NCBI GenBank assembly: GCA_963781885.1
Contig: CAWAHW010000002.1
Location: 672,001 to 736,000 of the forward strand
From: an uncultured Spirochaetota bacterium
Lineage (GTDB): Bacteria > Spirochaetota > Spirochaetia > SZUA-6 > Fen-1364
Direction: 5' to 3'
Length of the DNA stretch: 64,000 nt
Shown: one piece after another, positions 12,742-25,860 of the stretch
How positions within the stretch are numbered: position 1 is the stretch's first letter
Layout of the letters: each line of letters starts with the position of its first letter
Translations under genes and position numbers: made by a program
Notes under the pieces: generated by a model
What the model was told of the DNA's origin: nothing
The model's input: only the letters and a program-made list of their open reading frames with translations
Databases searched by the model: none

Positions 12742-12950
12742 ACTTCACACTCAGCGTATCAGGCGGGCTCATCGTTGCAATCGGCGGCTCCCTTCCCGGT
12801 CTTGCCATCGGCCTCATTGGCATGAAGGCCATGGAAGCCATCGGCAGGAACCCCGAGGCGTCGGGCAGGATCGTTCCCATCATGATCCTCGCCATGGCCT
12901 TCGCGGAATCCATCGCGATCTATTCGCTGATCTTCGCCTTCCTGCGCTAG
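12738..12950 (+). CDS. atpE: F0 ATP synthase subunit c
   Basis: 70-aa hairpin with loop IGRNPEA and carboxylate in FAESIAIY. Confidence 0.95.
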   Translation: MNFTLSVSGGLIVAIGGSLPGLAIGLIGMKAMEAIGRNPEASGRIVPIMILAMAFAESIAIYSLIFAFLR

Positions 12951-12965
12951 GCGGAAAGGCACGCG

Positions 12966-13475
12966 ATGGACGCGCTCGGGCGGTTCGGCCTCAACCCGAT
13001 CATGTTCGCGGCCCAGCTGGTCAACTTCCTCGTCATTGCATTCGTGATCTGGCGCTTCCTGCTGCGCCCCGTCATGGCGACCATGAAGAGGCGGCGGGAG
13101 AAGATCGCGCAGGGGCTGGCGGATGCCGACGCGGCGCGCGCGGCGCTCGCACAGGCGGCCGCGGAGAGGGAGAAGATCCTCCAACAGGCCTCCGCGGACG
13201 CCTACCGGCTGCTGGAAAACGCGCGCGACGAGGCCGAGCGTCTTCGCGCCGCCTCGCTGGAAAAGGCGGGCAGGGACGCGGACCGTCTCATTGCGGAGGC
13301 GCGCGCCGCCATGGAGCTGGAGCGGCGCGACATGGAGCGCGCCATCCAGGGGCTGTCGCTGGAGCTGTCGGGGCGCATCCTTGAAAGCGCGATGGAAGGC
13401 CTGTTCAGCGACGAGGAGAAGGCGCGCATCGTCGCGCGCGGCGTGCAGCGCATCGCGCAGGCAGGCGGCAGGTGA
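12966..13475 (+). CDS. atpF: F0 ATP synthase subunit b
   Basis: AQLVNFLVI transmembrane anchor plus RREKIAQGL coiled coil, in the expected operon position. Confidence 0.92.
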   Translation: MDALGRFGLNPIMFAAQLVNFLVIAFVIWRFLLRPVMATMKRRREKIAQGLADADAARAALAQAAAEREKILQQASADAYRLLENARDEAERLRAASLEKAGRDADRLIAEARAAMELERRDMERAIQGLSLELSGRILESAMEGLFSDEEKARIVARGVQRIAQAGGR

Positions 13476-13810
13476 AGCGCCTCATCGACATCGCGCTGGA
13501 CGCGGACGGGGAGGTCCGCGACGATGTCGCCGCACGCGTGCTGGAAAGCCTTTCGCGCTCCGATCTGAAGCGATTCCTCGCGGCGCTGCGCCGGGAGCTG
13601 AAGCAGCGGCGGGTCTTCGTCACCCTTGCCGGAGAGGCTTCGGCGGGCATGGACGAATCGATCTCGGGCAGCTACGGAGGGCGCGCGCTTTCCATCGAGC
13701 GCGACGAAAGCATGGGCGCGGGCGTGCGCGTGCGGGCGGGTGACGACATCGTCGACGCGAGCGTCCGCGGATATATCAAAGACATCATCGAAAAGCTCGA
13801 GGGCACATGA
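13472..13810 (+). CDS. atpH: short F1 delta subunit
   Basis: C-terminal OSCP-like motif DESMGAGVRVRAGDDIVDASV, between atpF and atpA. Confidence 0.8.
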   Translation: MKRLIDIALDADGEVRDDVAARVLESLSRSDLKRFLAALRRELKQRRVFVTLAGEASAGMDESISGSYGGRALSIERDESMGAGVRVRAGDDIVDASVRGYIKDIIEKLEGT

Positions 13811-15325
13811 AAGCTGAAGATCTCGTCCGGGAGATCGAGCGAAAGCTCGGGAAGGTCAAGGCGGAGCCGGGCGTCGCCAATGTCGGCCGCATCGCAAGCG
13901 TGGCGGACGGCATCGTGCGCGTGGAGGGCTTATCCCGCGCCGGTTTCGGGGAAGAGGTGGAATTCGAGGACGGCCGTCGCGGGCTTGTCATGAATCTCGA
14001 CGAGGATTTCGCCTCCGTGCTCGTCCTGTCGGAGAACACGGACCTCGCGGAGGGCTCCGAGGTGAAGAGCACCGGCCGGCCCCTTTCCATCGACGTGTCG
14101 GAAGATCTCCTGGGCCGGGTCATCGACCCGTTCGGCGCCCCCCTGGACGGCAAGCCGCTCACCGTGACGAACGGAACCGCCATGGCGCTGGAGCGTATCG
14201 CGCCGGGGGTCACGAAACGGGCACCCGTGGAGGTGCCGCTGAAGACGGGCGTGAAAGTGGTGGACGCCCTCACGCCCATCGGCCGGGGCCAGCGCCAGCT
14301 TGTCGTCGGGGACCGCAACACGGGAAAGACCGCCTTCACGGTGGACACCATCATCAACCAACGCGCGAAAGACCTCGACCTGCCGCAAGTCATCTGTATC
14401 TACTGCGCGATCGGGCAGAAGCGCGGCAGCATTGCACGGACGGTTGCAAAGCTCCAGGAAGAAGGAGCGCTGGGATTCTCCGTGGTCGTGGTCGGAAGCG
14501 CGTCGACACCGGCGGCAATGCAATACCTTGCGCCTTTTGCCGCCTGTGCCATCGGCGAGTACTTCATGGAGCATGGCCGGGACGCGCTGGTCGTCTACGA
14601 TGACCTCTCGCGCCACGCGTGGGCCTACCGGGCAGATCTCGCTCCTCTTGGGGAGACCCGCCGGCCGCGAGGCATACCCCGGGGACATCTTCTACCTCCA
14701 CGCGAGGCTCCTGGAGCGCGCCGCGCGTCTTTCCAAGGCGAATGGGGGCGGGTCGCTCACGGCGCTTCCCGTCATCCAGACCCAGGCGGGCGACATCTCG
14801 GCCTACATTCCCACGAATGTCATCTCCATCACGGACGGACAGATCTACCTCGAGTCGGATCTATTCAACTCGGGTGTGCGTCCCGCCGTGAACGCGGGTC
14901 TTTCCGTCTCGCGCGTCGGGGGCAAGGCGCAGTCCAAGGCGCTGCGGCAGGTATCGGGCCTTCTGCGCCTGGAGCTCGCCCAGTACCAGTCGCTCGCAGC
15001 CTTCTCCCAGTTCGGCTCCGACCTCGACGAGGCCACGCAGAAGCGCATCACGCGCGGCAAGCGCATCGTGGAGATACTCAAGCAGGCGCAGTTCTCCCCG
15101 ATGCCGGATCTCGCCCAGACCGTGAGCATCCACGCCGCGGGAGCGGGCCTCCTGGACACCGTGCCGGCGGAGAGGGTGGCCGAGTTCGAGCGGCGGATCA
15201 TGGATCACCTGCGGACGGGCCACGCGGCGCTCTGCGCGAAGCTTGCCACGGCGGCGCGGATGGACGATGAGACGCTGCGCGAGCTGGGTGAGGCCATCAC
15301 GGAGCTCGCCCGGACCCTCCTGTAG
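13807..15325 (+). CDS. atpA: F1 alpha subunit, frameshift near 14630
   Basis: [17 protein letters not shown] and [12 protein letters not shown], then [20 protein letters not shown] and [12 protein letters not shown] in the next frame. Confidence 0.95.
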
Positions 15326-15335
15326 GAGGCAGGCG

Positions 15336-16180
15336 ATGCCGGAGAATCTCCGCGTCCTCAAGGGGCGCATCAGGACGGCAAAGAACATCGGCCAGCTCGC
15401 AAAGACCCTGGAGATGGTCTCCGTGTCGAAGATACGCCGCGCCCGCGGTCTTGCCGACACCGTGCGGCCCTACGCGGAGCGGATCACGGCGCTCACGGCC
15501 ACCACGCTCCGTTCGCTCTCCCCGGAGCAGCGCGATCATGCCTACCTTGGAAGCGCGAAAAGCCCGGCGCGCATCCTGCTTGCCATCGGACCCGACAAGG
15601 GCCTCTGTGGACCCCTTACGGGCAATCTCGTGCGGAAGCTGGCAGATGCCATCGACGACGACACGCTCCTCATCACCGTGGGCAAGCGCATGGAAAGGCC
15701 CGGCGCGCGCCTGGCGGGTGACAGGCTTCTGGCGTCCTTCATGATGGGAGCGCGCCTGCCGCAATACTCGCTGGTCTTCGAGCTGGTGCGCGTCATCAAC
15801 GAGCAGGTGCTCGCGGGCCGGGCATTCACGCTGGACGTCCTGTACGGCAGGTTCGTCTCCTACTTCTCCCAGGTGCCGACCATCGAGCGCCTGCTGCCCC
15901 TGGACACCACTGCCATTGCAGGCGCTGCCGTGCCGCCCGCTTTCGAGCCTGGCAATACCGCACTTCTGGCCGCGCTCCTGCCGCATTTCCTGGAGGTGCG
16001 GCTCTTCGACGCCGTGGTCCAGGCCTTTTCCGCCGAGCATGCCGCCCGGATGGTGGCGATGCAGAACGCCAAGTCGAACGCGCTGGACATCGCGGAAGCC
16101 TTCACGCTGCTGTACAACAAGACCAGGCAGGAGAGGATCACCAGCGAGATCCTGGATCTTGCCAACAAGGGGAAAAAGAG

Positions 16181-16184
<4 letters not shown>
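15336..16184 (+). CDS. atpG: F1 gamma subunit
   Basis: DKGLCG, EHAARMVAMQNA, YNKTRQERITSEI. Confidence 0.95.
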
Positions 16185-18099
<1,915 letters not shown>

Positions 18100-18163
18100 C
18101 CGCGCTGCTTGACGATGCGGGAAGGCGGTCGGATATTTTCGTTATCAACCAAGGGAGGCTGAC

Positions 18164-18865
18164 GTGAAGGAAAAAGGCGTGACCCAGCTCTTCGACCTTT
18201 CCAATCCCCAGACCGCGGAGGCCATACAGTTCCACCTGCTCGGCGATCGCGAGGGCGCCCTGCGCGCATTCAATGACCTTGTGAAGAAGGACGGGAAGAA
18301 CTTCTTCTTCCATTACCTTCTCGGGGAGACGAAGTACGCCCTCGGGTTCCTGGACGAGGCTGTCCGGCACTACCAGGATGCCATCGACCTGAAGCCGGAT
18401 TTCGGCGTCGCCTACTACAAGATGGGGGTCTGCTACCACCGCCAGGGCGAGCTGGAGAAGAGCCTCCAGTGCTTCACGAAGCTCCTGGAAATGAAGGGCC
18501 AGGGGCACGCGATGGCCAGCTACTTCTTCGGCCTCATCAACCAGCTGCTCGGCAATGACGACAAGGCGGAGGAAGGTTTCCGTGTCTTGCGGAAGGAATC
18601 GCGGCAGTCCCTGATCGCCAATTACTACCTTGCGCAACTGAAGCTGAAACACAACCAGTACAAGGAGGCCCTCGAGCTGCTCGACGAGCTCCTTGTTGCC
18701 ACGCCGAATCTCGCGGAGGTGCATTACCTCAAGGGCATGGTGTTCATGGGTCTGCACCGCAACATGGACGCCATCGGCAGCTTCCGAAAGACCCTGGAGA
18801 TCAACCCGGACGACAAGAGGTCCCGCGCCAACCTGGAAATGCTGACGGAAGTTCCGGAGCCGTAG
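18164..18865 (+). CDS. tetratricopeptide repeat protein
   Basis: Several TPR-like units (AYYKMGVCY, VHYLKGMVF, LEINPDD). RBS GGGAGG; possible promoter TTGACG-17-GATATT at 18109-18137. Confidence 0.88.
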   Translation: MKEKGVTQLFDLSNPQTAEAIQFHLLGDREGALRAFNDLVKKDGKNFFFHYLLGETKYALGFLDEAVRHYQDAIDLKPDFGVAYYKMGVCYHRQGELEKSLQCFTKLLEMKGQGHAMASYFFGLINQLLGNDDKAEEGFRVLRKESRQSLIANYYLAQLKLKHNQYKEALELLDELLVATPNLAEVHYLKGMVFMGLHRNMDAIGSFRKTLEINPDDKRSRANLEMLTEVPEP

Positions 18866-18875
18866 GGAGCACGCG

Positions 18876-20285
18876 GTGACCGACAAGGATTTCCGCATCG
18901 AAACAGACAGCATGGGCGAGGTGAAGGTGCCCTCCTGGGCATGCTGGGGGGCGCAGACCCAGCGCGCGGTGGAGAACTTCTCCGTTTCCGACCTGCGCAT
19001 CCCGGTCCCGCTCATCCGCGCTCTGGGCATCGTGAAAGGGGCGGCCGCAACGGTGAATGGCAGGCTCGGACTGCTGGAGCCGCGTATCGCCGGGGCGATT
19101 GCGCGCGCGGCGCAGGAGGTGGCGGACGGAGCCTGGGACGCGCATTTTCCCATCGATGTTTTCCAAACCGGCTCGGGCACGTCGTGGAACATGAATGCCA
19201 ACGAGGTGATCGCCAACAGGGCAAACGAGCTGCTGGGCGCGCCGCGCGGCTCGAAGAAGCCCGTGCACCCCAACGACCAGGTGAACCGCGGCCAATCATC
19301 AAACGACGTGATCCCCACGGTCATCTCCATCGCGGACAGGCTCCTGCTGGATCCGCTTGCGCGCTCCATGGAGAAGCTCCACAAGAGCCTGGAGCGCAAG
19401 GCGGCCGAGCTTTCGGGCGTGCTGAAGATCGGGCGGACCCATCTGCAAGATGCCGTGCCCATGACCCTGGGCCAGGAGCTTTCGGGGTATGCGCGCCAGG
19501 TGGAGAAGGCAAGGGCCCTCGCGCTGCGCTGCGCCCCTGCGCTGGAAGAGCTCGCGCTGGGCGGCACGGCCGTCGGCACGGGGATCAACACGCATCCCGA
19601 TTTCGCGCGGCAGGCAATCGCCGCGATCGCGGAAAAGACGGGTGTGCCCTTCCGCGGGGCGGTGAATCGTTTCGAGGCCATCGGCGCCCGGGACTCCCAG
19701 GTCGAGCTCATGGGCGCGCTGAATGCGGCGGCCGTGAGCCTTGCCAAGATCGCCAACGACCTGCGCCTGCTTGCAAGCGGCCCGCGGACCGGCCTTGCGG
19801 AGATCGTGCTGCCCTCCCTCCAGCCGGGAAGCTCGATCATGCCGGGCAAGGTGAATCCCGTGATCCTCGAGATGACGATACAGGCGTCCGCGCGCGTGAT
19901 GGGCTCCGCATTGTCTGTGAGCATCGGCGGACAGTCGGGCCCGCTGGAGCTCAACATGATGCTCCCGCTCATCGCGTGGGAGACGCTCAGCTCATTGTCG
20001 CTGCTGGAGAAAACCTGCGACGCGCTGGCGGTGCGCTGCATCGACGGGCTCGCCGCGGACGCGGCGCGCAGCCGGGAGTGGGTCGAGCGCAGCCTCGCGC
20101 TCGTGACGCCGCTCGCGCTTTCCATCGGCTACGACAAGGCTGCCGCGCTGGCGCACAAGGCCCTGGAACAGAACAGGACTATCCGGGAGATCGTGATCGC
20201 GGAAGGCGTGCTGAGCGAAGCGGAAGCGGACAGGATCCTGGACCCCTCCACCATGCTCGGGCCTTCCGAAACCGGCGTCTCCTGA
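18876..20285 (+). CDS. fumC: class II fumarate hydratase
   Basis: DSMGEV, WGAQTQRA, QTGSGTS, HPNDQVN, GRTHLQDA, GSSIMPGKVNP. Confidence 0.93.
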   Translation: MTDKDFRIETDSMGEVKVPSWACWGAQTQRAVENFSVSDLRIPVPLIRALGIVKGAAATVNGRLGLLEPRIAGAIARAAQEVADGAWDAHFPIDVFQTGSGTSWNMNANEVIANRANELLGAPRGSKKPVHPNDQVNRGQSSNDVIPTVISIADRLLLDPLARSMEKLHKSLERKAAELSGVLKIGRTHLQDAVPMTLGQELSGYARQVEKARALALRCAPALEELALGGTAVGTGINTHPDFARQAIAAIAEKTGVPFRGAVNRFEAIGARDSQVELMGALNAAAVSLAKIANDLRLLASGPRTGLAEIVLPSLQPGSSIMPGKVNPVILEMTIQASARVMGSALSVSIGGQSGPLELNMMLPLIAWETLSSLSLLEKTCDALAVRCIDGLAADAARSREWVERSLALVTPLALSIGYDKAAALAHKALEQNRTIREIVIAEGVLSEAEADRILDPSTMLGPSETGVS

Positions 20286-20290
20286 GCGCC

Positions 20291-21506
20291 GTGGCGTCGC
20301 CCTTCAAGGTCGCGATTGTCGGCAACGGCATTGCCGGCATCATGACCGCGGCAAAGCTGCGGGCGCTGGAGCCTGACGCCGAAAAGCTCCAGATCGAGAT
20401 CTACACGCGGGAGCCGTTCGAATACTACTCGCGCATACGCCTGCCGGAGGTTTTCGCCTCCGGCCTCAACGCCGGGGACCTCGCCATTTACAAGACAGGA
20501 TGGTACGAGGAGAAGCGGATCCGCGTCTTCAAGAACCAGGAGGTCGTCCGCATCGACAGAGCGGAGCGCACGGTGGCGATGCGCAGCGGCGTCGAGACGC
20601 CCTACGACGCGCTTGTGCTCTGCATGGGCGCGGACAGCTTCAGGCCGCCCATCCAGGAACATCGACCTGAGCGGCGTGTTTACCATCCGCGAATACGGCG
20701 ACGCGGATGCCATCCGCAGCTACCTGACCGCCGGCACGCGGGATGCCGTCGTTGTCGGCGGCGGCCTGCTCGGGCTGGAGGCTGCCCGATTTCTGCAGGG
20801 CCCCGGCGTCCAGAGCGTGACGATCCTGGAGATCATGCCGCGCCTCCTGCCGCGTCAGCTCGACGAGACCGGATCCCGGCTTTTGCAGGCAGTGATCGAA
20901 CGGCAGGGTTGCACCATACGCCTGGGCGTCGAGGTGGCGGAGTTCACCGGGGAACGCGCCGTGCGGGGCCTGCGTCTTGCCGACGGCAGCGAGCTTCCCG
21001 TCCAGACGGCGCTTATTTCCGCCGGCATCAGCCCCCGGGTGGGAATCGCGCGCGACGCCGGGCTTGCCGTGCGCAAGGGCGTGATCGTGGACGAGCATCT
21101 CTGCACGTCCGACCCGCACATCTGGGCGGCCGGGGACCTTGCCGAGTTCCACGGCGTCGTGTGGGGCATCATTCCCGCGGCCATGGATCACGCGCCGGTC
21201 GTGGCGGCGAACATCCTCGGCAGGGGGCCGTCGGTCTATCACCAGACCATCCCGCAGAACACGCTGAAGGTTGCCGGCATGACCCTCACGAGCTTCGGGA
21301 CGGTCACCGTGGACCCGGCGGAAGAAGCCGCGTACGATGTCGTGGAGAAAGTGGACGCCGCGCTGCCGCGCTACGAGAAGTACCTGCTGCGTGACGGCCT
21401 GCTCACCGGGTGCATCCTCCTGGGCTCGCGCGACAATTACGCTTTTGCCGCCCGGCACATCGGCAAGCCCACGACCCGGCAGGATGCCGCCGCGCGACTC
21501 TGGTAG
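20291..21506 (+). CDS. NAD(P)/FAD-dependent oxidoreductase (NADH:rubredoxin oxidoreductase / NirB N-terminal-like), frameshift near 20654
   Basis: VGNGIAG and YYSRIRL in one frame; VVGGGLLGLEAA, TSDPHIWAAGD and NTLKVAG in the next. Confidence 0.85.
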
Positions 21507-21509
21507 CGC

Positions 21510-22745
21510 TCAGCCGCGGCCGTCGATCAGCTCGTTGAGCCTTCTGCGATAGTAGCTGAACTCTTTCCAGTGCACCTCGGGCGGGATGAGGTGGTCGCCG
21601 AAGGGGATGTATCCGCCGGTGGCAAGAACGGCCTTGACCGGCTCAAGGATCTGCTCAATCCGCGCGGGGCCTTTCACGATCTCCGACTTGGGGATTCCCC
21701 CCATGAGCTGGAGCCGAGGATAGAGCGTGCGCACTTTCACGATGTCCACGCCGCAGCTCGCCTCCATTGGATAGAGACCGGTGACGCCTGCCTCGAGAAA
21801 GAAGGGGATCAGGTTCGTGCATTCCCCGTCCGTGTCGACGAATATCGTCTTCACCCCGTGCGCCTTGAGGAAGCCGGTGAGGCGCTTGTAGGACGGCAGC
21901 ATGAACTCCCGCATCGTGTCCGGAGCGACCATGGAACCGGTGCCTGCCGAGATGTCCTCCCAAATCACGAAGAGGTCCACGTCGGTCTGGGCGAGCACTT
22001 CCTCATAGACGGCGATCCACAGGTCCGTGAATGTCCGCTCGATGTCGTGTATCAGGTCGGGCTGGTCGTGGTAGTTGTAGAAGAGGTGCTCGTAGCCCAT
22101 GAGGTGGGCCAGCGTGCCGAAGAAGCCGTGGGGGTATCCGCCGAGTGCCAGCGGATAGTCGCGGTTTCTGTAGCTTTCCACCAGCCGGGGCCAATGCGCC
22201 GGGAACCTTGCCGTGATGTCCCGCGGGGAAAGCCGTTCCTCCTTGAGCCGGTTCCACGTCGGCCAGTCCTTGATGGGGTTCTCCACGGCCGTCGGGATCA
22301 CACCCGTGTGCTTGGAGAAATTGCGCGTCACGCCGTCCACGTCCACGTAGAGGAGGGAATCCTCCGTCTCCTCGAGGATGCTCACGTCGAAGCGCGGGCT
22401 GAACAGGAGGTCCACGTTGACAAGCACCTGCCCCTTGTCCATGGCGCATTCCCGGCGCACGTCGTCGTCCAGCGCGAAACCCTGCGTCGGCCAGTACAGG
22501 CCGCCGCCGAGCACGGCCATGCCCGCGGCAAGCTCGCCGCGCGGCAGCGCGTTCCAGCAGGGGATGTAGAGGGAGGCGGTGGCGGTGGTGATCTTCGTGA
22601 GCGGCCGCGGCGTGCGGTGGCGGGGAAGGCCTTCCCGGTACCAGTTGGCATAGTTGGCGCCCCAGTAACCGAACTCCCATTTCGGCGGGCTCACCGAGTC
22701 GGAGAAGCCTTCCATGACCTCGCGGAAACGTTCCCTGACGTTCAT
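21510..22745 (-). CDS. uroporphyrinogen decarboxylase / methylcobamide methyltransferase (MtbA/CmuA-like) family protein
   Basis: IWEDIS, FVDTDG, GLYPME, LMGGIPK, GGYIPFGDHLIPPEV. Confidence 0.85.
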   Translation of the reverse strand: MNVRERFREVMEGFSDSVSPPKWEFGYWGANYANWYREGLPRHRTPRPLTKITTATASLYIPCWNALPRGELAAGMAVLGGGLYWPTQGFALDDDVRRECAMDKGQVLVNVDLLFSPRFDVSILEETEDSLLYVDVDGVTRNFSKHTGVIPTAVENPIKDWPTWNRLKEERLSPRDITARFPAHWPRLVESYRNRDYPLALGGYPHGFFGTLAHLMGYEHLFYNYHDQPDLIHDIERTFTDLWIAVYEEVLAQTDVDLFVIWEDISAGTGSMVAPDTMREFMLPSYKRLTGFLKAHGVKTIFVDTDGECTNLIPFFLEAGVTGLYPMEASCGVDIVKVRTLYPRLQLMGGIPKSEIVKGPARIEQILEPVKAVLATGGYIPFGDHLIPPEVHWKEFSYYRRRLNELIDGRG

Positions 22746-22883
22746 GATCGCCTCCCCGGCCGATGACTATGGTCCGTCCCCGGCGCGCGCAATCAGAGGC
22801 GCGACGCTGGAAGATAATTCTGGGCGGTGTCGCTGCCGCGATCCGCCGGGCGCTGGCCGGAAGAGCGTCGACGTGGGTCCCGC

Positions 22884-24358
22884 TTACAGCCCGCCCACCG
22901 TGAATGAGCCGATGAACGAGAGCAACGGAGAGGGATAGACACCGAGGGCGACGATGCCGATCGTCAGCACGGCCAGGGCCAGAGCGGCAAGGAACGGGGC
23001 CTGTACCGCGATGACGCGTCCCGTCGTCGGCGCGGATTCCGCCAGGCCTCGGAACATCGCGGAGACGATCTTCAGATAGTAGAAAATGGATATCGTCCCG
23101 TTCACGGCAAGGATGACGGCGAGCACCCACAGCTCCGCCCCCGCGCCGGCGCGCAGGATGATGAACTTCCCGACAAAACCCGCCGTGAGCGGGAGCCCCG
23201 CCAGGGAGAGGAGCATCGCCGTGAGCGTCGCGGCAAGCCAGGGACGACGTGCCGCGAGCCCCTTGTAATCCTCCAGAGCGTCCGCCTCGCGATCGGGCGT
23301 TGAAAGCTCGGAGATGACGGCGAATGCGCCGAGCGTGGTGGCGAAGTAGGCCACGAGGTAGAAGGCGATGGCGCGGAGGGCCTCGCCCCCGCCCGCGAGG
23401 AATGCCACGAGCACGTAGCCGAGGTGAGCGATCGATGAGTAGGCGAGGATGCGCTTCACGTTCGATTCACGCAGGGCCAGGATGTTGCCGGCGAACATCG
23501 ACAGACCGGCGATCAGCGCGAAGACGAGCGGGAACGCCGGAATCGTCCCCGAACCCGAGGCGAGGAGCCCGCCGCCGGGACCGAGGAGAGCCGGCCCAAT
23601 GAACGCGCCAGCACGACGACCATGGCGCCTTTGGACACCGTGGCGACGAAGCCGGTCACCGGCGCCGGCGCCCCGTCGTAGACGTCGGGCGTCCACAGAT
23701 GGAAGGGCACGACGGCGAGCTTGAAACCGATGCCGACGAGCATCATGGCAAGACCCACCGAGGTGAGCGCACCCTGGTTGCCGCCGGCGGTCGCCAGCTG
23801 CGAAAGGACCATATTCCCCGTGTCGGCGTAGATGAGCGCCATGCCGAAGAGGAGAAAGGCGGAGGAAGCGCCCGCGAGGATCAGATACTTGATCGCGGCC
23901 TCCGTGGACGGCGCCCGTTCGCGCCGCCAGCCGATCATCGCGTAAAGGGCGACGCTCATGAGCTCCAGCCCGAGGAAGAACGTGGCGAAGGAGTTCGCCG
24001 CGGCGAGGATGCAGGCCCCCAGCGCGGAGAGCAGCAGGAGGAAGAAGAAGTCGCCGCCCTCGTCGTCGCGCCGGCGCAGGTACGACCAGGAGCTGATGGC
24101 GGCGAATACCGTCGCTCCGATGAGGAGGAGGAGGCCGAACAGGACGAATCGATCGAAGACCATGAGCGCGCCGGGCGCGGCAGGCGCCCCGTTCCAGGCG
24201 AAGGGAACGGACGCAAAAGCCACCAGGAGCCCGACGAGCGTGATCCAGAAGCAGACGGCCAGGTTCCGCGTGAATGCCGCCGCCAGGAGCACGATCAGGG
24301 AAAAGACGGCCAGCGTGCCGAGGGGGAGGAGCCCCACGAGATCGATCCCGCTCATCAC
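22884..24358 (-). CDS. nuoN: NADH-quinone oxidoreductase subunit N, frameshift near 23605
   Basis: EAAIKYLILAG and FKLAVVPFHLWTPDVYDGAP, then KRILAYSSIAH and SLAGLPLTAGFVGK. Confidence 0.93.
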
Positions 24359-25860
24359 ATCCCTCCCTGCTGCACGGCGGCGAGCACGCCCGTCACGACG
24401 CTCTGCACCATGTCCAGCAGCGGTCGGGGATAGAAGCCGAAGACGACAAGCGCAGCGATCATGACGAACAGCGCAACGGTCTCAATGGTGGACAGATCCG
24501 GCAGGACCCACGTCTCCCGCGGCGCGCCGTGGAACGCGGTCTGGAACAGGCGCAGCGCATAGATCGTGGCGATGACGAGCCCGACGCCCGCAAGAACGGT
24601 CGCCACGCCGCTTGCCTGCCACGTGCCGACCAGGACCAGGAACTCAGAGACGAAGTTCAGGAGCCCGGGCAGACCGACGAGCGCCATGGAAAGAACGAGC
24701 GCGGCGGCGCCCATGCGCGGCACCTGGGACCAGAGGCCCCCCATGCGCGTCAGGTCGCGCGTGTGGATGCGGTCCTGCAGGGCGCCGACGAGCATGAACA
24801 ACGCGCCCGTGCTGATGCCGTGGCTCACCATCTGGAGGATGGCACCCGACAGGGCCTGCGGCGTGAAGGCATAGATGCCGAGCAGCACGAAGCCGAGGTG
24901 GCTGACGCTCGTGTACGCGACGACGCGCTTCATGTCGGTCTGGCTGAAGGCCATGATGCCGCCGTAGATGATGCCCGCCACGGCCATGCCGATGGCGACC
25001 GGTGCGAAGGCGTGCGAGGCCGACGGGAACAGGGGGAGCGCGAAACGGATGAGCCCGTATCCGCCCGTCTTCAGCAGGAGGCCGGCGAGGATCACGCTGC
25101 CCGCCGTGGGCGCCTCGGTATGCGCATCCGGCAGCCACGTGTGCAGCGGGAAGGCGGGCAACTTGACGGCGAAGGCGGCGAAGAAGCCCAGCATGACGAG
25201 CGTGCCGACCACGGGCGACATGACCGTGCCGATCAGCTGGTCATAGGCGAATGTCCAGGTGCCGGTGGCCATGCCGTGGATCACCACCAGCGCGATGATG
25301 GAGACGAGCATCAAGAGGCCGCCGATCTGCGTGAAGAGGAAGAACTTGACGGCCGCCTTGTGCCGGTTCTCGTGACCCCAGACGTCGATGAGGAAATACA
25401 TCGGGATCAGCATGAGCTCCCAGAAGAAGGCGAAGAGGAAGAGGTCCGTGGCGAGGAAGACGCCGTTGACGCCCGCCAGCACGAGCGCCAGATTGAAGTG
25501 GAAGAATGCAACCTTTTCCGTGATGCCCTTCCAGGAGGCAATCACCGACACGATGCCCAGGAAGCCGGTGAGGGCGAGCAGCGTGAGGGAGAGCCCGTCC
25601 AGGCCGAGGGAGAAGGTGATGCCCAGGCCCGGGATCCAGGGCGCGTGGAGCTCCGCAAGCCAGGTCGTGCCTCCCGTCGAGAGCACGGAGGGAAGACTCC
25701 ACGCTCCCGCCGCGGCTCCCCACAGCACCCCTGCGAGACAGAGATTGATGGCGTTTGCCGCAAGCGTGAGCCAGCGGGACCAGCCCGTGTTGGCCCTGCC
25801 GAGCATCCAACCGATGAGCCCCAGGACCAGCGGGGACAGTATGAATAGTGAGAGCGTCAT
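24355..25860 (-). CDS. nuoM: NADH-quinone oxidoreductase subunit M
   Basis: FFWELMLIPMYFLI, VKLPAFPLHTWLPDAHTEAPTAGS. Confidence 0.96.
   Translation of the reverse strand: MTLSLFILSPLVLGLIGWMLGRANTGWSRWLTLAANAINLCLAGVLWGAAAGAWSLPSVLSTGGTTWLAELHAPWIPGLGITFSLGLDGLSLTLLALTGFLGIVSVIASWKGITEKVAFFHFNLALVLAGVNGVFLATDLFLFAFFWELMLIPMYFLIDVWGHENRHKAAVKFFLFTQIGGLLMLVSIIALVVIHGMATGTWTFAYDQLIGTVMSPVVGTLVMLGFFAAFAVKLPAFPLHTWLPDAHTEAPTAGSVILAGLLLKTGGYGLIRFALPLFPSASHAFAPVAIGMAVAGIIYGGIMAFSQTDMKRVVAYTSVSHLGFVLLGIYAFTPQALSGAILQMVSHGISTGALFMLVGALQDRIHTRDLTRMGGLWSQVPRMGAAALVLSMALVGLPGLLNFVSEFLVLVGTWQASGVATVLAGVGLVIATIYALRLFQTAFHGAPRETWVLPDLSTIETVALFVMIAALVVFGFYPRPLLDMVQSVVTGVLAAVQQGGM

Noticed and set aside
18941-21394. 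817-aa fumC/oxidoreductase fusion ORF
   Set aside because: Only 20291 to ~20654 of this frame is the real oxidoreductase N-terminus; the rest is off-frame.
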